Origin: Felis catus
Taxonomy: Eukaryota
Length of the DNA stretch: 64,000 nucleotides
Direction of reading: 5' to 3'
Assembly (NCBI RefSeq): GCF_018350175.1
Contig: NC_058368.1
Coordinates: 101,992,001-102,056,000, forward strand
This document shows positions 12,536 through 25,499 of this stretch, piece after piece. Position 1 is the stretch's first letter; the number at the start of each line of letters is the position of its first letter. The notes under the pieces are model-generated. The model was not told the origin of the DNA, made no database searches, and saw only the letters and a program-made list of their open reading frames with translations. The position numbers and the translations under genes were made by a program.

Positions 12536-12889
12536 TTTACATAGTTTCAGCCGTAGATTTTGGCGAGAAAACAGCAGCTTTTAAGCTTAATAGAACTGGA
12601 AAGGGTTCTAGTGCATAGCAGTCGTTAACGTTGTCAACTTTTCTCTTCATCCACCATTCCACATCTTTCCCCACCAAGAGCACAATGCTGTATTATTGAC
12701 TTCTTTTGTGCCTACGAGGCATGAGTTTTCCACGTTCATGGAAGAGGTTGTGTGTACGTGTGCATTCATGCATTCACATATACACGTATGACTGGTTCTG
12801 CAGATACTTGTTGAGAGACAAAGTTGCAGAAATGAGAGTGGTGATAAAAGAAGAGAATCAGCTGCCACGTACTCTGTATTAGTCTCAAG

Positions 12890-13075
12890 TTCAATGCTGA
12901 GAACTTCACATGTATTATCTCATGTCTTGCTCACAACTACCCTCTAAGTTGGATTTAGTGGCTTTCTTTAAAAGTGAGGAACCAGGCACAGGAAAATAGG
13001 TCATGTACCCAAATTCACAGGGCCAGTAACCTCCACAGTTCAGTGATCTCTCTTTCTGACTTCAGATATCATGTG
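12890..13075 (-). mobile_element. MIR
   Basis: CACATGTATTATCTCAT..CTCACAAC..GAGGAACCAGGCACAG reverse MIR core. Confidence 0.65.
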
Positions 13076-13179
13076 CTAAAATGCCACTCAATTATATACT
13101 TCCTTATGACAACAACAATGTGGTTGAAACTTAATTTTCAAAAACAGAAAGACCAATGCTCAATTTAATAATCTGGCTA

Positions 13180-13390
13180 TTTCGGGTCATAAAATTCCCA
13201 TGCCACCATTAACTCACCATAGGACCCTAGGACAGCCACAATTCCTCTATAGCTTTCTTTTTTTTCTCCCCAGATGTAAATACGTGTAATACCTACAATT
13301 TTACAGAATGGTGGGGAAGATTAACTAAGACAATGTAAGTGACTTCAGAGCAGTATCTGCTACATGGCAGGTATTCCACAAACATCAGTT
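13180..13390 (+). mobile_element. MIR
   Basis: TGTAAA..TAATACCTAC..ACAGAATGGTGGGGAAGATTAA..CAGTATCTGCTACATGG. Confidence 0.6.
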
Positions 13391-13579
13391 TCTTTCCCAT
13401 AGATCCATGTTATCATTGCTTTACTGGTATGTCTAGAAAGAGGGGAATTTTCCCATCCTTATATTTGTTTTTAGTTACGCTTTAGTAGCTAAGAGAACCT
13501 TATATTTCACAGTAACAACAACAATAATAACAACAAAGACTTACATAATACTGATAGAGCACTAGACAGTAATATAGAG

Positions 13580-13710
13580 GCATATAAACATATACATATA
13601 TAAACACACATACAATATATGTAAACATTTAACGTGTACTGTCATATATAATATACATGCAAATGTATATATAACAATATATATACATATATGTGTATAT
13701 ATATATATAT
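13580..13710. repeat. (TA/CA)n-rich simple repeat
   Basis: Seen directly. Confidence 0.85.
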
Positions 13711-13748
13711 TTTTCAGATGATTCTCAGGCTAGTTGGATGAGGTAGGT

Positions 13749-13960
13749 TTTTTTTTGTTTTGTTTTGTTTTTTTGAGACAGAGAGAGACAGAGCATGAGC
13801 AAGGGAGGGGCAGAGAGAGAGGGAGACACAGAATCTGAAGCAGGCTCCAGGCCCTGAGCTGTCAGCACAGAGCCCGACACGGGGCTCGAACCCACGGACT
13901 ATGAGATCGTGACCTGAGCTGAAGTCGGATGCTTAAGTGACTGAGCCACCCAGGCGCCCC
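13749..13960 (-). mobile_element. Can-SINE inserted in a MIR
   Basis: TSD GATGAGG(T/C)AGGT 13737-13748/13962-13973; reverse MIR sequence continues to about 14110. Confidence 0.95.
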
Positions 13961-14772
13961 AGATGAGGCAGGTATCATTATCCAATTTTACAAATAAGGA
14001 GTCCAGGTACAGAGAATTAAATACCAGGCTCCTAATCAAAAGCTGGGAGGGAGCAGGCCCAGGATTTGAACTCAGTCAGGGTGGCTGCTGAGTCCACATT
14101 AGCAGCTACTACTCACTGGTTTTAAATCTGCTGTCTGATGATAATATTTGGTATGGATTTTAAAAGCCACAGCGTTGCTGCTCATAAGATACTGCAATAT
14201 CATGTGACAGAAAAGGAAGTCAGAAACTTAAGTACCAAAATCTTTCAAGCTACATTTCCAGTGAGATGTGTACAGCTTTCTGTTCACCTCAAGCTGAATA
14301 ACACCTTATGACTTTAAAAACCTGGGACATATTCTTTAATTGATGTGATTAATGTAGGAAGTATTTATGCATGTCTCATAGCTAAACTCTCTGTGTCCTT
14401 CTTGACAGAATGCCAATGTAAGTCATTACCGGCTAAAGGAGGGGTAACACTGAGTGATGGTTACAAGACCACATGATGTACCCTAGCCTTGCACTTGATT
14501 GAAATGACAGATGTTAAAATGACATTATTCTGATCATTCTGGGACATGCATCTGAAAGAGGTCGGAAGGGCAGACAATTTTACCTTAAGGTCATCATGAA
14601 TTCAGGTTCAAAGAGATAGTTCAGACATAATCGAAAGAATCAACATTCTTTAACACTGCCTGAGTTCCCTCAACTTTCTATTATATTCACTTTTTGGGAG
14701 GGGGCCTTCTGCCACAAGGTAGGAAAGACAGTGGGGGACAGGAATGGGAAATGCGCTCCCAAATTCAGGTAT

Positions 14773-15016
14773 AAAATACTTTATATTTATTATATATAAT
14801 ATATATATTATATTATTTATATATTATATTATATATAATATATATTATATTATATATTATATTATATATATTATATTATATATATTATCTATATAATATA
14901 TATATTATATTATATATTATATATTATATAATATATATTATTATATTATATTATATATTATATTATTATATATATTTATATATATTATATATAAAGTATA
15001 CAAAATACTTTATATA
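14773..15016. repeat. AT-rich low-complexity expansion
   Basis: About 215 bp almost purely A/T, flanked by AAAATACTTTATAT direct repeats. Confidence 0.95.
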
Positions 15017-15199
15017 GCTTGCAAAGCGGCAACCTGCTCTTTGTGGAGTCCAATGTCAGCACTTAACCCAGACTGTGCTCTAACCATTTTACAGGTTTAT
15101 CTTTCTAATTTAAGTGCACAGAATGGGTAATTATCATTCCTGATATATTCTTATTGTCCAACTGGGTACCTGGTTTGTACTTACTTAGTTGATGATTTA

Positions 15200-15925
15200 T
15201 TTTAAATCCAAGAAGCACCTGTAACTCCACCATTCAAGGAAAAAAAACAAAAGCTAAGTTCTTGACAAGCACCAAATACTAGCTGTGGGATTTCCCATCC
15301 CATTCCCCAGCTCCATGAAATGAAAGTAAACGTCACCTTGAATTCCTTGATCATGAGCCCCTCATTCTCCCTTGATAGGATTTTATTCAATATTTATACC
15401 TAAAAACAACATTTTCATATTATAGTTTTTCACTTTATGAGACGGTATGGAATTTTTTTCTACTTATTCCATTGCTAAGAAATGCCTGCATTTTTTTGCA
15501 TGACACAGCACTGCATTTATTTTGAGTTGCTATAGAGTTCTATATCCAAAGTTTGTTCATCTACTTTTCTTCTAAAGGCCGTGCACTGTTTCCAGGCTAT
15601 TTTCATCCACTACTGTGAACAGCCATGCCACAAACATGACTCTGCTCTCTATATGCAAGGTTTTCACTGGAATATTGTTCCCAGGCGTGGAATTGCCAGG
15701 TCACAAGTAATGTCTGTTTGACTTTAGGAGAAATGCATTTTCCAGAGCGACTGTGCCAATCTTTGTATCCACCCCTAATGCATGAAAGATCCAGGTGTTC
15801 TAAACCTCCCCAACGCTTGGGATTTGTCGACTACTTTAATTTTTCCAAATGAATGGGTAAAAACTGTCTTTTTTCAAACTTAATTTCCCCCCCTGATGGT
15901 TATTAATGATGAACATCCATTCACA
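15200..15925 (-). mobile_element. Ancient L1 (L1ME-like) 3' region
   Basis: CCCAGGCGTGGAATTGCCAGGTCACA..TTTCCAGAGCGACTGTGCCAAT..ACCTCCCCAACGCTTGG. Confidence 0.7.
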
Positions 15926-16443
15926 AAGGAAGAAGTCACTTCTAAGCGACAGGAGTACTGATTTTAGGAAGTTAATTTTTTTTTTTATCTATTTATGGAC
16001 AGATCTTAGATTCATATGAATTAACCATAAAAGGAAATCTGGTGCCTGAGGCCGGGGTGGGGAGAGGGGAGGATGATTCCTACCTTATTAACAGATCAAT
16101 CTGAAAATAACTGGAAGGTTCATAGTAACTTCTCTGCTAGATAAAACTTCTCCTGTCCCTTCTCGTTAACTGGCAGCATAAAAGGTTAGTAGCCTCTTAT
16201 TCATTTTTTATTTTTCTCTGTATCTAGATTTGACATGTCTTTATGTGAAGAATTCTGAGACAGGTTGAAAATCAGGGTCTCTAACAGATGGGTCAAGTCC
16301 CCACGCAGAGTTCCAAGGCTCTTACATCATTAGATCTGCTGAAGAAACACCACTGTCCTGGGAATTTTAATCTTAAAATGTTTACAAACCACATATTTTC
16401 TGGGCTACGGAAGTACTTCAGTGTACTGTACTAGCTTAGATTA

Positions 16444-16652
16444 AGGGCCAGCAAAATGTTCTGGAAAACAGTAAACATTTTAGGCTTTGCATACCAGACA
16501 GAATCTGTTACAACTCCCCAGCTCTTCCTTTACACAAGAAAGTGGCCATAGGCAATATATAAATGAATGAATGTGGTGATGTTCCAATGACACTTTATGA
16601 AAACAAGGGGTGGACCAGCTTTGGCCTATGGGCCATAGTTTGCTGACTCCTA
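16444..16652 (+). mobile_element. MER58A-like hAT-Charlie non-autonomous DNA transposon
   Basis: GTAAACATTTTAGGCTTTGC..TCTGTTACAACT..GTTCCAATGACACTTTAT..TTTGGCCTATGGGCCATAGTTTGCTGACTCCT. Confidence 0.8.
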
Positions 16653-16959
16653 GTTTAGTTCCCCAGAGATCTCCATTGCCCTGTAATCACAAGTAATGTT
16701 ACTAGTCTATCTACTATCAGAGTGGCTAATCATTTAAAATCATCACTACGTATTGCACATACACTTTCTGCTATAATCTGTTACAATATGTCATGTTATT
16801 TATATATGTGTATATGTGTGTGTATATGTATACATTTATATAATTGCATATAATTACATATATATAATTGTAGTATAATATGCATTTACTTTTCAGGTGT
16901 TTCTCTTAAGCAAGAAAGTGACATCTCAACTTTTCTGATGCAACTTTAAGTCCCACAAA

Positions 16960-17490
16960 TAAATCAAACCTTAGCAACAACTCAGCAGGGTAGATAAGGT
17001 TCTGTCCAATGCACAGGTCAAGGAACTGAGGTTCAGAGAATTTGAATAACTGCCTCACGGTCATACAGGGAATAAACAGCAAAGATTAGTACATGAACTC
17101 GGATTTTCCTTGTCCCAATTCTTGCACATTTTCAACTGAAGTGTGCCCCCAGTGTGTCCATATGGAATGAGAAATCAGTGTGGTCTTTATGTGTGGACCC
17201 AGACAGTCACCATCGTAGGGTCTATTGGAAGTTTTCTTTTGTTTTGTTTTTTAAATATACTGAACACTGGTCTAATCCCTTTGTGTGCAGTATCTCATGT
17301 TATACTTATTAAACTCATTAATATTAAATTTTTAATATTGATGTTATACTATCCTGTTGTACACATGAAGACACTATGGCTTGGAGAAGTAAAGGAAGTT
17401 GCTTAGGGTCACATAGGCAGTAATCTGCTAAATCAAAAACCACACAGGAGCACCAAAGCTGATGCCCTTGGGCACCCAGCCTCACTACCT
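16960..17490 (-). mobile_element. Two MIR fragments (about 16960-17140 and 17260-17490)
   Basis: GGAACTGAGGTTCAGAGA..GCCTCACGGTCATACAG; TTGCTTAGGGTCACATAGG. Confidence 0.65.
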
Positions 17491-18124
17491 CCCAAATGAC
17501 CACATAAACACACAGTAGGTGAGGAGCTCTTTCAGGGAAAATGAATGCATTGCCTTAAAAATGCTGGCCATGTAGCTGCCTGGCTGTGAGCTATCATCAT
17601 ATACCTTATCACCATTCGTGTTTTCTTACAATGAACACTTTTCCTCCAGAGCCATAAAATATCTCCTGCTCTCATGTCCTTGGTGTCCATAACGCAGGGT
17701 ACCTCTTTCTCAGGAATATTGCTACTATTTCCGTCAAAGGGCAGAAAGAAGCTGCTTTCTGAGGGATTATAATTTCTGGCATGACTGTCAAAATATTGCT
17801 GAAAGGGCTCTACAAAAGTTTGATTTTCGAGGTGTGCTTATTTGCCTAAACGAAGAGACATTCATAACAACTACTTGCCTTCCTGCCTTCTTCTTGTTTC
17901 CTTCCTTCATTCCATCCTCCCTTCCTTCCTTTCTCCCACTCATCCATCTATCCATCCAGCCATCCACCGATCCCTAGCTCACTCAACCATTCATCGTGTG
18001 GTTGTTCATACATGCAATACTTACTGGGTGACAGCTATGTGTAAGGCATTGAACTCAGATTGTGTCATTGTCCTCAGGAATTATACAACAAAGAGAGGTA
18101 TAAAAATAAGTGAATTAAGTAAAG

Positions 18125-18262
18125 CCTGCTACCCAACATGCAGTTCACCTGGGAGCTTGTTAAAAATTCAGAATGGCAGGCCCCAGCCCAGACTTACTGA
18201 ATCACAAGCTGCATTTAAGAAATGTGCACATGTGTGCACTTAAAAGCTGGAGAAGCCCTGCA
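18125..18262. mobile_element. MER5A-like hAT-Charlie
   Basis: TCACCTGGGAGCTTGTTAAAAATTCAGAAT..GGCCCCAGCCCAGACTTACTGAATCA..CTGCATTTAA. Confidence 0.75.
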
Positions 18263-18619
18263 AGACAGTACTGTCACAGATGTGTAGCCAGCCGGTAGTA
18301 TCATGGGGGACGAGGGTAGCTGAAGAGACTTCTCCCCACTTGAAGTAGGTATTTTAGAAATGTTTCATAGGGGATAATGCCTGAGCTCAGTCCTATGCTA
18401 GGTACAGATGTTTGCCAGGGGGGACAAGTTAAGGTAATCTATGGAGAAGGGAAGCTTGAGCCCAGACCTCGTACAGTTCTGAAACAACTCAGCGCTCTTA
18501 GAAACCACACGGAAGTCAGGGTGGATGAGAGATATCCAAAGACGATACTGGAACGTGTGTGTGGGCATTAGTCTGGCCAACCACTGAGTCGTTTGGGAAC
18601 TGAGAATCTATTCTATAGG

Positions 18620-18778
18620 CCCGTGGTTTACCCCCGGCTGCAAATGAGAATCCCTTTGGGAACTTTAACAATACAGATACTGTCCTCGCAGATTGTGATT
18701 TAATTGGCCGGGGGTCAGATAATTTTTTTTTAAGTTCCTTGGATAATTCAGATGCACAGAGGAGGTTTAGAGCACTGT
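18620..18778. mobile_element. MER5B-like hAT-Charlie
   Basis: GGCTGCAAATGAGAATCCC..GATTGTGATTTAATTGG..GGTTTAGAGCACTG. Confidence 0.65.
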
Positions 18779-19904
18779 TTAGGGAATTGGGAAGGCTGTG
18801 ACAGGTGTTACGTAGGAGAGCGGGGTGATCTGATCATTCTGTTGGTTTTCAGAAATCACACAGGAGAGACGGAATGGGTGTTACCCAGGGGAAAGCTAAA
18901 GGGACCGGGTAGGTGGAGTAACCGCAGACAGTGGGCTGGGGTCACCCCGCAAGGAGCGATAGGGCCAGTGGCAAGCAGAAAAGCACACACCAAGGTGAAG
19001 ACACCTACACACAAATTTGAAACTAAACTTGCCTTTGAGCCAGAACTAGCCAGAGGATCACCAGGTTACAACCCCTGGCATCATAACACTCTAAGGATAT
19101 TAAAAGGTTAAGGAGACATAATCAATAGACTTCAAAATTACTCTAGTGTAACAAAGGAAAGAAGGGAAGTAAGTCACATGAATGGTGCTCCCATTCACAA
19201 AAACAGGGACCAAAACAAGGAGGGAAAAGTCTGCGGGGGGAGGGGACAATCCAGCTTGGTGAGTTTCAAGTGCTTGTGGGACTTGACAGAGACGGTTAAA
19301 TATCCACCTTGTGCTGTGCTGGACATGTGGGGTTGGCATTAGAATGGGCAGTTGCCAATGTGCAAGTATTGGCTGATAACGTAAGAATGGCTGAGAATCT
19401 CTTGAAAGAGCACATACAATCAACAGAGGGAAATACCAGTATTTCAGAGGCTGAAAGAGGCACACCAAAGGCTGAAGGACAAAGGTCAGTGGGTTGCAGA
19501 GCAGCAAGGGGACTGTGATGGACGATGGGCCAAGAAGGAAGAGGGAGACAGGGTCCACTTTACTCCACCTGTGCAAGGGCTTTGTTAGATCTTTTCTTAA
19601 CATTATTCTTAATATGAGGGATACAGCCTAATAGTTGACTTTAATATCCTCCAATCTGGAATGTTCCAAAACCCTTAGAATTTTATAGTAGTGGAGACCA
19701 GAGATTAATCTACCTTGAACTTCTCCAATAGAGTCCCCACACTGATCCTTACAAGTGGACGTCAGATTTTAATTTAACATTGCTGATGACATTTTCCTTC
19801 CTTTTAAGAAAGCTCTCTTCTATGGTATGAACATGAACACACCTAAAAACTTTCAGTTATTGAATACTAATGGAGATACTACACTAGACTCTGGATAACA
19901 AGGC

Positions 19905-20390
19905 TAGTTTATTTCAACATTTATTTATTAACTCCATGGGGGCATTAGGGATATCAAGAGGAGTGAAACTGGGGTCCAGGTCCTTAAAGAAGGCATAACC
20001 TGATGGTGGAGAGAGATGTATCAACCAAATGCCTTCTGCATAATATGTCAAGTGCAGTCAATGGTATGCACTTGTGTGATGAGAGATGCCTGGTCTGCCT
20101 GACCTCACTTGACCTGGCCTGGGTTTCTGGAAGTGGCAAACATCAAAAGCTTTGTGGAAGACATTACAACTGAGTTGAGTGATGAAGGGGAGTTAGAATT
20201 CGGCAAAGAAAAGAGGATAAGAGTCTCCAGGCAGTGGGAATAAGATGCGCAAACTGCTTGACTTAGGGGCTGTGTGGAGAATGAAAGGCAGACTGGTATA
20301 ATTGGGGGGCTCGGCTGGCCGACCAGGAGATGGGAGACACAGTCCACTGGACCATGTGAAGTGTCAGCCCAAGAAGCTGGGTTTATCAAA
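19905..20390 (-). mobile_element. L2 fragment
   Basis: TTCAACATTTATTTATTAACTCC..TTTGTGGAAGACATTACAACTGAGTTGAGTGATGAAGG. Confidence 0.6.
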
Positions 20391-21539
20391 TGCCTCGATC
20401 TTAGTACCCTTGTTCACACAAAAGCTAATGCAGAAAACCACCAAGGGAAGCAAAGACAGAACTTTCAAGTAACTGCAATCCACAGTGGAATGTGGACTTC
20501 CAGGTTTGACTCAAGCAAATAAATATAATATGAAACACTGCCTAGAGAAACTTCTAAGTTAGTCAGCAAGACAAATGTGCATAGAAAGCATGAAAAGCCA
20601 TGCACCCCAGGACGAGGGTGACAAGAGTGAGGAAGAGAATTATTTTCCTCCATGGACAAAACAGAAATACACGTGCATGGGCTCAGAAGAGCTGGATGAA
20701 AGCAAAAAAGAAAAAAATAACCTCTCACTCAGGGCTCCCTGGTTTTATTTTATAACCATGCAGTTTCAAACTCTACACACTAATGAAGAGGGCGAAATAG
20801 GTTCAAAATACTCAGACTGCTGGCTTGAAACTGTCTGTGCAAACTTTCATTTTGATTAATATAATTGAAGTGTTAAATGTGTAGCTGCTAAATTGCAATC
20901 AAATCAGTAAAATGTGATTCAATTTTTGAACGAACCTGTCGGAAGATCTACGGGTATGCTGCCCACAGTGAATTGGCTTTACACAGCTTATGTGCAAATA
21001 CGACTATTTTATAAACAGGTAAACTGAGACATTGAAAATTCAATCTCCTGATGACAGAGAGTCAATAGTTGACTATCAAACAGACCACCAAGGTCCCTAA
21101 TAAACCAAACTGATGTTGTCCCCAGTGACTCCTTTGTAAAGTGGAACAGATTTAATTACATTCTAAATCAGCATATTGAGAGGCACCTAGGCAGGTAATA
21201 AAAAATTCACTACTTCATTCTATCCTAATTCACCACAAATGTAGATACAGACACAAAAAATCTTGGGAGTCTCTATAGGATTCATTCTGCAGAATACAAA
21301 GTGTAGTTTCCAGCACTGTAAGTTAATTAATCAGGAATTTCTGCCCATGACCCTATTTTTCTAAGCCAGACATGTCAGTAGTAAATGCCCCAAACCTTTC
21401 TCCAATTGTCCTTCCACCAATTCTTACCCCTCCCCATCCTATCCACATCTCGACCCCCTCTTCGCTTTCCTCGGCATCCAGTCTTGAAAATATCTGAAGA
21501 CACGGGCAGTTCTCTGAGCCCTCTGAGAAAATAGCATTT

Positions 21540-21850
21540 TAAGCAATTATTCAGCAATAAACATCAATCAGGAGCCACTTCGTTTCTCCTCCATGGCCAG
21601 GAAGATGATGATGAAACATAAAGTCAGTCGGGACCCTCCTTTCATGGAGCTTAGAGCCTCATATGGAAAAACCCATCAGAGTAAATGTATTAAATGCCTT
21701 GAAAGGGGGAATGCAGGGTCCCAGGAAAGCCAACAACAGAGGTGCCTGGCCCGGTCTCACTCGGAGAGGCGTGTGTTTGCAGGAAAAACTTCTGAAAAAC
21801 AGAGGGTTCCTTCAATCAGGTGGAAAGCGAGAGACACAAAAGAGAATAAA
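21540..21850 (-). mobile_element. L2 fragment
   Basis: ATTCAGCAATAAACAT..CCTCCTTTCATGGAGCTTAGAG. Confidence 0.5.
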
Positions 21851-21869
21851 CAATCACAAACATATGGGG

Positions 21870-22044
21870 GAGTGGATTCTAACCCTGGCTGCACTCAAGA
21901 AACCTCCTGAAGAGGTTTACAATTTTCAAATGCCCTTTTAAAATGCCATTTCTATCAGAATCCCTGGGGATGAGGCCCAAGCATCACTGTTTTCCAGCAA
22001 TTCTTTAGGTGATTCCACTGTGCAGCCAAGGTCGGCGTCTACTG
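21870..22044. mobile_element. MER5B-like hAT-Charlie
   Basis: AGTGGATTCTAACCCTGGCTGCAC..GGGGATGAGGCCCAAGCATC..AGGTGATTCCACTGTGCAGCCAAGG. Confidence 0.75.
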
Positions 22045-22170
22045 ATGCACAGACTGAGGCAAAGAAGGATTTCTAAATGAAGTCTTGTTACTCACTCACC
22101 CTTGATATCAATTTTTCTCTTCAGAACGCTGCTAGAATTCCCTAGAACTTTCAAATCCTTTAGACATTTA

Positions 22171-22402
22171 GGGGTGCCTGAGCGGCTCAGTCAATTAACC
22201 ATCCGACCTCGGCTGAGGTCATGATCTCACCATTTCCAAGTTCAAGCCCCGCGTCGGGCTCTGTGCTGACAGCTCAGAGCCTGGAGCCTGCTTCAGATTC
22301 TGTGTCTCCCTCTCTCTCCGCCCCTCCCCTGCTTGTGCTCTCCCTCTCTCGCTCAAAAATAAATACACATTAAAAAAATAAATAAAAATAAATTATTAAA
22401 AA
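22171..22402 (+). mobile_element. Can-SINE
   Basis: TSD AAATCCTTTAGACAT(T/C)TA 22153-22170/22403-22420. Confidence 0.95.
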
Positions 22403-22510
22403 AAATCCTTTAGACATCTAAAACGAATATACCAACACATAACATCTCTACAGAACACAGAGAGAGAGAACACAAGCCAAGGACTCTACCTTATGCTGAT
22501 CAACAATTTT

Positions 22511-22717
22511 TTGTGCCGTTTATTCATTTTTCAAAGACAGAGACAGAGCGCGAATGGAGGAGGGGAAGAAAGAGAGAGAGACACACAGATGCTGAAGCAG
22601 GCTCCAGGTTCTGCGCTGTCAGCCCAGAGCCCGACGCGGGGCTCGAACTCACAGACGGCGAGATCATGACCTGAGCCGGAGTCGGACGCTTACCCGATTG
22701 AGCCACCCAGGCGGTCG
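22511..22717 (-). mobile_element. Can-SINE
   Basis: TSD TGA(T/A)CAACAATTTT 22497-22510/22718-22731. Confidence 0.93.
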
Positions 22718-23049
22718 TGAACAACAATTTTAAAGTTCACGAAAAGCTGAATAAAATGGCACTGCTTTAATGAAACAACGCATCTTTTGTTCATTACTCA
22801 TCCAAGGTTTTTACTCCACTGTCATGATCAGTTTACATTCCCAGCGTAAGAGCCAATGCTAACAAACCTAAAGATATTTTGCACAGATTTGAGGACACAC
22901 CCCCAAGAGAGGTTTGGGGTTTTGTTGTATAATAACAATTATTATTATTTTAATTAAAGTCTCTTCACAAAAGAACCACAGCATTGGGTGTCAGGAAAGC
23001 TATGAAGGAGCTGGTTTGTTCCCTTGGGTGAGAGAAAAAAAAGAAACAT

Positions 23050-23200
23050 CCAAGGAGCACCTACTGCGTGTGAGGGCAATTTTTAAAGTGTTAGTGATTT
23101 CAGTCCTCACAGCTCTCTGAGGTATATATTATTAATCCCACTTATGGACAAAGAAACCAAGGCTCAGAGAGTAAAGTGACTTGCTCTGTGTCACACAGGA
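23050..23200 (-). mobile_element. MIR
   Basis: GAGCACCTACTGCGTG..CCTCACAGCTCTCTGAGGT..AAGGCTCAGAGAGTAAAGTGACTTGC. Confidence 0.75.
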
Positions 23201-23303
23201 ACTCGTTCCCAGGACTGCCAGTTCCCAGGACTGGCCCCAGGGAGCATGATATGGTGGGGTCCTTCTAGTCAGGGTGTTAGAACTGTTTCACACAGGTGGA
23301 ATT

Positions 23304-23533
23304 AAGAATTTTTTTAATGTTTATTTCCTTTTGAAAGAGACAGAGAGAGAGAGAGAGAGAGAGACAGAGCATGAGCAGGGGAGGGCTGAGAGAGAGGGAG
23401 ACAGAATCTGAAGCAGGCTCCAGGCTCTGAGCTGTCAGCACAGAGCCCGACGTGGGGCTCGAACTCACGAACAGTGAGATCATGACCTGAGCCGACGTCG
23501 GACGCTTAACCGACTGAGCCACCCAGGCGCCCC
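23304..23533 (-). mobile_element. Can-SINE
   Basis: TSD TCACA(C/T)AG(G/A)TGGAATT 23288-23303/23534-23549. Confidence 0.95.
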
Positions 23534-24457
23534 TCACATAGATGGAATTCAGACTAAATTACAACCTTCTCAAAAAACAACTGTGTTGCTGAATATAGTG
23601 ACTCTTGCATAAGTTAATGTAACTTTTAACTGACAGCTTAAACGAGGTAACAAATGCCTAAAATTTGAAAATAATTGTCATCTTGATTTAAGTTGTAGGT
23701 TTCTCATAGGACGGTCGTGGGGGGAAGTGATGTTCATTTATCAGACTTGCCAAAACCTCACAGAAATCTGATACAACAGACGTGAATGTCTGAATCACCT
23801 GAAAGGACACTGGAACAACAAATTTTAATTCAAGATGTTTAAAGCTCCTCCCCCATACTAGCATTAAATCATAAAAAAGTTTCAGCCACGTGAAGATTAC
23901 AGAGCTGGAAAATGTTCACACAATACTGATGGCCAGTAATTATCAGATACCTAGTAGTAAGGGAAAGGCAAACCAATTGCCCAGTCTATTTAAGAAACAT
24001 CTATTACTTAAATCTTTAAATTTATTTTGGTAAGTTAATATGCATTTCACACTATGCTTTGTTCCACAAATGACTTGCAGAACTCATGGCTCACTCCTAG
24101 AAAATGTAGGAATTCTTGGGAGATCATTTGTGCACTCACTTCATTCCTATGTACATTTTTCCTTAACCTCATCTTTCTTATTTCAAAATAATGTTATTTT
24201 TATGGAGTGTATGCACCCTCTCTGTCACAATGGGAGGATAAAGAAGTAATTTTTATATGGATTATCTACCTGGGTGACACAGTAAAGAACACACGATAGC
24301 GAAATTTTTGGTAAATATTTTCTAACCAATCAATCCTCAAAAGCCAAATTATTTACTATTAGTGACACAGTAAGAGGGTAGAGGCAGGCTTGGAAAATGG
24401 CAGGAACTAAGGCAGCTGTGAAGGACCAAGAGGCAGCAGGCATTGAAATGATCTTTT

Positions 24458-24690
24458 TTTTTTTTTAAGTTTATTTAATTGTTTTAATGTTTATTTATTT
24501 TGGAGAGAGAGAGACAAAGCAAGGGAGGGGCAGGGAGAGAGGGAGACACAGAATCCGAAGCAGGCTCCAGGCTCTGAGCTGTCAGCAAAGAGCCTGATGC
24601 GGGCTCAAACTCACAAACCACAGATCATGATGTGAGCTGAAGTCGGAGACAACCAACTGAGCCATCCAGGTACCCCCTAAGTTTAATTAT

Positions 24691-24730
<40 letters not shown>

Positions 24731-24916
24731 CACATGTATGTGTGGGTGTGCAAGCAGGAGGGGGTGGGGAGAGAGAGGGGAAAAGAGAACCCCAAGCAGG
24801 CTCCACACTGTCAGCATAGAGCCCAACATGAAGCTTCATCTCAAGCACCGTAAGATCACAACTTGAGCCCGCCCCATGAGTCAGATGCTTAACCGACAGA
24901 CCTACCCAGGAACCCC
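24458..24916 (-). mobile_element. Two Can-SINEs; one (about 24478-24677) nested in the tail of an older one
   Basis: Outer TSD TGAAATGATCTTTT 24444-24457/24917-24930; inner repeat TAAGTTTA at 24466 and 24678. Confidence 0.9.
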
Positions 24917-25499
24917 TGAAATGATCTTTTCAACAAGAACAGTTTGGCCATGCAAACAGACATTGGACATGGTCGGGCGGCTGTAGGATACCAGCCGCTA
25001 CTGGAGAGTGTCCCCCCGGGCACTGACACTATTGCTTGTATGAATTCGAAGCAGCCCTGTGCCTATAATTCACTCAAGACAGAACCCAGTTGGCTGACCA
25101 AAGCCACGTATTCACTTTCCAGTTGCCTTAGGGGGGAGAGGTGGGGAGCCCCTGCCCTGAGACAAGACTCCCGCTGGTGAACACCGCTGTCACCACGGTT
25201 TATTCTATCTGGGTGGTGCCAATGTCACATGAGTTGGTTAGCGTTTTGAATGTTACCATGGAATCCCAGCTCCCTCCTGCTGCATGCAGACTTCTGAATC
25301 CCATCAAGACTGACACGTGATGACATTGTCCCAAATAGGAAGACGCTGGGCAGCCAAAAAGTTGACAAATATTACAAGACTTGAATGAGATCAGCCAAAG
25401 AGTCCTCTCATCTCGTATGTATCTAAGCAGGATGGACAATCATAAACATTACTAGGGAAATATGACGTAATTTGGGGAATAAGAAACACACCTATCCCA

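Larger units (their letters stand above)
17990..19560 (-). mobile_element. L2, fragmented, interrupted by two MER5-like elements
   Basis: Reverse L2 3' end near 18000; GAATGGTGCTCCCATTCACA..GTGAGTTTCAAGTGCTTGTGGGAC..TATCCA. Confidence 0.65.

Noticed and set aside
19100..19603. Longest ORF (167 aa, minus strand)
   Set aside because: Lies within decayed L2 sequence, has a non-ATG start and no recognisable domain
23205..23233. Short tandem duplication GTTCCCAGGACTG (similar ones near 44561 and 59191)
   Set aside because: Ordinary slippage duplications with no sign of function
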